Shown piece after piece: positions 56,968 through 64,000 of a DNA stretch of 64,000 nucleotides (the first letter of the stretch is position 1; the number at the start of each line of letters is the position of its first letter). The DNA comes from Eledone cirrhosa (taxonomy: Eukaryota), in assembly GCA_964016885.1 (NCBI GenBank), contig OZ024743.1, positions 121,272,001 through 121,336,000 on the forward strand. The letters are read 5' to 3'. The notes below the pieces were generated by a model. That model had not been told where the DNA came from. It worked only from the letters and a program-made list of their open reading frames with translations, and ran no database searches. The position numbers were made by a program, and so were the translations under genes.

Positions 56968-58984
56968 TCCTTTGTCAGTATTGAACAAAAGGGCGACGAT
57001 GGTTGCCGAACACTGTACGGCTTAATTCGGGCTGTTTGTTTACAAACAAACCGAACATTATAATAAATGTTCGGTAAACCCATACGTACATATATATATA
57101 TATGTGTGCATGTATGTATAAATATACATACTACTGTACGTCTGTATACATATATGTATGTACGTATACATACTTTTATATATATATATATATATATATA
57201 CAGAGAGAGAGAGAGGGGGGGAGTGTATGTAAGACCGAGAAAGAGAAAACAATTTTTTTAAATTACCCATTTGCAGATTTCATATGTATTTCTTCTTAAA
57301 TTCTTTCTGTAAACAATGTTATTCAGATTCGAATTACATATAGTTTCACAAGCTGTTGATCTGGCAGAGTTGTTGGAACCTTGCATTAGATACCATACAG
57401 TATTTGTTGAACCCTCTTCCCCAAGGTTAACTAATCTTATCATTCTTTTAGCGTCGCCAAATAAAATAGTTGTCAAAGGCATTTGATTAATGGGGTTTTT
57501 CGAGCGTTAAAATTTATGACTTGTGATATTTATTTCAGCCCTTTGCATTCTGAGTTCGCCTGTGACGTCAATGGTGCTAAGCTGTACCACCCCTACCTTT
57601 CTGTAGGACAATATTGATGACGTGGCGAATGCTGGTCTCTCTTAAAAATAATTATTACACATTCTTGCACTTTGGAGAGGGATTTTTCTGGTGGAGATCT
57701 ATTAGAAATGTAAAGTCACCAAAAGCTTCAGAGCAATAAAGAACAAACACTCATGATAATTTAGATATTATATTCTGAGCGAGGTTTTGACAGATTCTAA
57801 ATAAGATTTGCGTTGAGATAGATTTAGCTAAGAACAAAAAAAGCATTATAGCCCACAACTTGAAACCTCACAGATTTGGGCTTCTAGTAGAGCAAAACTG
57901 TGTTGTAAGATCTTATATTGCCTTCGAAATATTTGTGATTGGAAATCGTTTTTTTACTCATTAAATCACGAAGATATGATGTTCGTCTTCGCTTAGGCAA
58001 TATGACTGTGTAACAACAGTTATTGGATTTGCCATCAAAACGACATTCTGATAAATGTTTTCCACACTAACCTTGACAAGCAATATCCATGGGCCCACAC
58101 AAATTACCAAATGACGCAGTTGGGTTCCTTCTGAACAATTAGTTGTTGACTGTTATTTTGAACTATCTCCTATTTTATACTTAACCTTCTCTTTCTTGTT
58201 TCTTCTATATTTCTACGGTGCCTTGCCTCTTTTTCTCTTGCGCTTCATTTTTTTTTTGTCTCATCCTTATTCTTTCTCCTGTCTCCTTCCTTCTGTTTCT
58301 TGAGGACGTGTTACAGCCATTTTGTTTCTTGCCAATTCCCGTGAAGCATTGATAATTACGAGATCTTGTTCCCTTGCTGGAGAGTTAGAATTGCGTCTCG
58401 CTGTTCTCGAGGTTTTTATGTTCATAGCCCTCGTCTCGAGCCATCTTTGTATCTAATCTAAACTATAATAAAGTAAGGAGCGCGGGACTGCCTACGGTTT
58501 ATAATTTTTTATCCCCTTAGTAAAATAAGTTGGATTACTTTGAATAAATAATGAATGAATATTACATAATTTATCTACTAAATTTCGTGGCTGTTGATTA
58601 AATATATTTTGTTTATTTAAAGATTCACTCCTTTAAAATTTCCGAAATGTCAACACTTCTGGTTGGCGATCGCTTAAAAAACATACTAATTTTCTCCTAA
58701 TGCAGTTTATATATAATATCGTCTTTTTTTATTGTATCATGGATTACGTTAGTGATTACAAAAGACAGTGTAACGCAGTCTTCATTCAATTTCTATGTAT
58801 ATTGTGAATTATGATTTTATTTGATGTATCATATCTACATGTATATATACTTGCGTATAATATCAATATACACACTTTTTTCTGGTTTTTCTGCTAGTCA
58901 CAATAATGAATTTACCAATAATGAATTTACCAACTGCTAGTCACAATAAAGAATTTACCAACTGAAGACCATTATTTGATAACA

Positions 58985-59145
58985 GGGCGGTGGATTGGCA
59001 GTATCGGTAAAGGGTCAGACGTCATGCTTTGACGCATAGAATAACGGCCCTTTCCATTCTGAGTTCAAATCCCGCCGAGGTTAACTTTGCCTTTCATCCT
59101 TACGGGGTCGATAAAATAAAGTACCAGTAATGTACTGGGTAATTG
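58985..59145 (+). mobile_element. tRNA-derived SINE
   Basis: Family match with A/B boxes. Confidence 0.88.
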
Positions 59146-59524
59146 CATATATATATATGTATATATATGTATATGGTAAAATGTCTACTATTATAGCATC
59201 AATTTCTCCAATACCTTGTAAAACGGTAAATGTCTGTTTGTGTCAGTGTTCTCGATCCTCGAGTTGTGTCCCTTCTTGTCAAAATGTCATTTACTGATTC
59301 GATAGAGATCTATCAAATATGTACCAAACTGAAATACATACTGGTATCAATATATTCGACAAAAGCACTTGAGAGTGATGGGTCCCAATATAATGACAAA
59401 AAAGAAGAAATGTATTAAAGAATATATTACTGGTGTTTTCCTAAAATTTATTTCCAAATTTCTATTCGTAGGCATATGTTCAACCGTGTCGTATTTCTAT
59501 TATACATACGGGATTTGAACTCAC

Positions 59525-59670
59525 ACTGTTACAGCCCTTTACAGTCTGAGTTGAAATCCCGCCGAGGTTAACTTTGCCTTTCATCCCTACGGGGTCGGGT
59601 CGATAAAATAAAGTACCAGTAATGCACTGGGGGTAATTGCTGTCCTTGTGCCAAAAGTAGAAACAATTAT
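59525..59670 (+). mobile_element. SINE 3' part with short inverted 5' piece
   Basis: Family match; GGGATTTGAACTCA (inverted B box) at about 59510. Confidence 0.75.
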
Positions 59671-60276
59671 GGTTACTAAATATTGTTGGGAGGTGACACA
59701 AACAGCATTTTATGTCCCTTAATGTTCTGAGTTCAAATGTTGCTCATCCTTTTGGGGTTGGTAAATGCCCAAGAAAAAGTGATGAATACCTCACAAAAGC
59801 CCATTTACACCAGCCTAACTAGATTCAGTTCCTGTCGATATAAAAAGCAATTATATCGCAATTGTTTCTCATGAGTGTTATTTCTGTTCATACATCCATA
59901 CACCCATTTACCTTCTTCTCATGTTTCCCCTCTGTTCGTGACACATTCTCTATCATATACCAGTTTAATCAATTATTCATTCGCTGTTTCTTGCTACATT
60001 ATCACTTATTTGTTTTATTTATTCCTGATATTAATGTTACTTCTCACCCCCCGCATCTATATATATGTGTAGGTGTGTAATCACATACGCACGTTAAACA
60101 TTTCTATGTGTGAATATATGTAAATGTGTGTGTACATGTGTGAGTGAGTGAGTGAGTGTGTGCGTATATGTGTTTGTTTGTAATCAACTATTTATGTATG
60201 GGTGCAAGAAAGTTGGCATGTATGTACAGCAGAATGTATGATTGGTTGGAATCACTTCACGTTTGTTCGTACTAAA

Positions 60277-62030
<1,754 letters not shown>

Positions 62031-62292
62031 ATGTATATACAGAGTGATAGAGTGAAATATATTGGTGTGGTGTATACCTAAGAGAGTAGAAATGTGGACA
62101 TCTGGTAACGCTACTTTGAATGTAAGTATTGAGAAAAAACCGAGGTACAGATATGTAGATATACATACATACATGCATACATTCATACATTCATACATGC
62201 ATACATACATACATACATACACACATAAACACATACATATATGCATACATACACACATTCAAATATGTTTACATGTGTAGATATCTATTCTC

Positions 62293-62487
<195 letters not shown>

Positions 62488-63892
62488 CTAACTGATGTTT
62501 TTGAAATACATTTTACGTTAGAAATTTTAATTATTTCAATCTTTTCAATTTAAACTAATAGCATTTATAAATCCGAAATTCTTATTTCACCATACCCCCA
62601 CATACGTCTTGTTTTCCTGTTGTGGCAAACTAATTAGGGAAATGTAGAAAATGAAGATACTGCACACACGTAAATTTGTATTTACAATATATTACCACAG
62701 CATGTGAGTGTATGTGTAACAATACCTATTCTTTATTTTCAATATGCATACACATTAGTGCTAAGGACGAATATATGTCTCCCTCGTTCGATATATATGT
62801 TTGTATGTACGTATATGTGGGGGTCGGGAGGATGTCTGCGTGTGTTGGAGGAGTAGGGGGTGATTGCTGAATTGTTTTATCTTAATTTCTTCTATATAGT
62901 TTTCTATGAAATTGCCAAAAGCAGAGAAGAGGAAGCGATGTGGAGTAATTTGGTTTGTGAAATCACATGAAGTGCCACGTTTTCAGCCAATCTCTAAGTC
63001 TGCTACTGATACTCAGTATCAATGCTGTTCGCTATTACTGCTAACTAGCAAATAGAGTAAATGAAATTTTTTCGAGCTAAAATCTATTTTCAAAAACAAA
63101 TAATTAAAATTCTATTTATCTGTTTTCCACACATTCTTCGAAACTGGAGACAAAATAAACCTTCTCTAAATATAATGGAAATTTATTAAATCTAATCTTT
63201 TATAACTAAATATTTCATTTCATTACTAGAGTTTAATTTGAGACACTTAATTAGAGAAAAATAGTTAATTTTATGTATCAATGAACAAATTAAAATATTT
63301 CACATTATTTACCGCCCACAGCGTTCACAGTAGACACAGGAGAGATGATATTTTATGTTATTTTATTCTTCAAGTTTGGAGGCATACAATATCCACCTTT
63401 ACAAAATCTGACTACTTACTATCTATTGAAGTATGCCTCACAACAGCTGTTTATTAAACTACTTGCCACATCCTTCAATACACATTAGCGTTATTGAAAA
63501 CGATACAATATTTCCTTGCAATTAATTCTCACCGATGAGGAGTGTATGTTCATTCCATGAACTTAGATCATAGGAGCAACATTTTATTCGAAGCACTTTT
63601 ATTTGAATCTCTGAATCACGAAAAGACGCCCTTTACAGTTTGGAGTAGGGGGTAGAGATATAATGAGAACATTATTACTGATAGAGCTCCTTGACATATA
63701 CTATCGAAAGTGTATAGATTGAGGGATTAATTGGGAGGGAACATAACTGACCAACTCTTTGTATATTTAACACCCATTGTGACACATCAGATTATAATTA
63801 GTTTTGTTCAATAACTAAGATTGTTTATATTAGTAGTTTACTCAGAAAATAATAGGATTTTGATGAGATTATATGTATAATATATCGAGTGT

Positions 63893-63973
63893 TTCTTCTT
63901 CTTCTTCTTCTTCTTCTTCTTCTTCTTCTTCTTCTTCTTCTTCTTCTTCTTCTTCTTCTTCTTCTTCTTCTTC
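63893..63973. repeat. (CTT)n microsatellite
   Basis: Direct sequence. Confidence 0.97.
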
Positions 63974-64000
63974 ACCCACATATTCCTGAGGGTCATTGGG

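Larger units (their letters stand above)
55902..57176. mobile_element. Retrozyme-like element, second subfamily (~420-430 bp monomers, tandem and inverted)
   Basis: Minus block 55902-56520, plus block 56521-57176; homologous to 47880-49118. Confidence 0.75.

Noticed and set aside
57250-58150. Coding-like stretch, possibly an old DNA transposase
   Set aside because: No recognisable motif and frequent stops.

Overview
Eukaryotic, very AT-rich, repeat-saturated DNA with no recognisable host gene. The tRNA-derived SINE family and the extreme (TA)n load suggest a cephalopod (octopus-like) genome; this is an inference. Most ORF-track entries are microsatellite artefacts. The real coding remnants are all transposon-derived: several Penelope-like elements (PLEs; RT plus C-terminal GIY-YIG, and one Naiad-like RT fragment), a ~6.8 kb Helitron with both termini, RTE-type LINEs, R4/Dong-type LINEs, about 10 SINE copies, MITE/foldback elements and tandem arrays. 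The most notable signal is at the RNA level: several independent families of type I hammerhead ribozyme (HHR) motifs. (1) A non-coding ~420-520 bp monomer occurs in tandem and inverted arrays (47880-49118, 55902-57176, fragment at 4903). It carries a minimal HHR whose two subfamilies differ only at tolerated positions, which makes it a retrozyme-like candidate. (2) A canonical-core HHR lies in the pseudo-LTR (pLTR) of a PLE (7634-7670). (3) A PLE pLTR family carries a fully paired HHR with the non-canonical core CAGAAGA in all four complete copies. (4) Another HHR has a CCGATGA core (55570-55621). All folds were read by eye; catalytic activity is untested.
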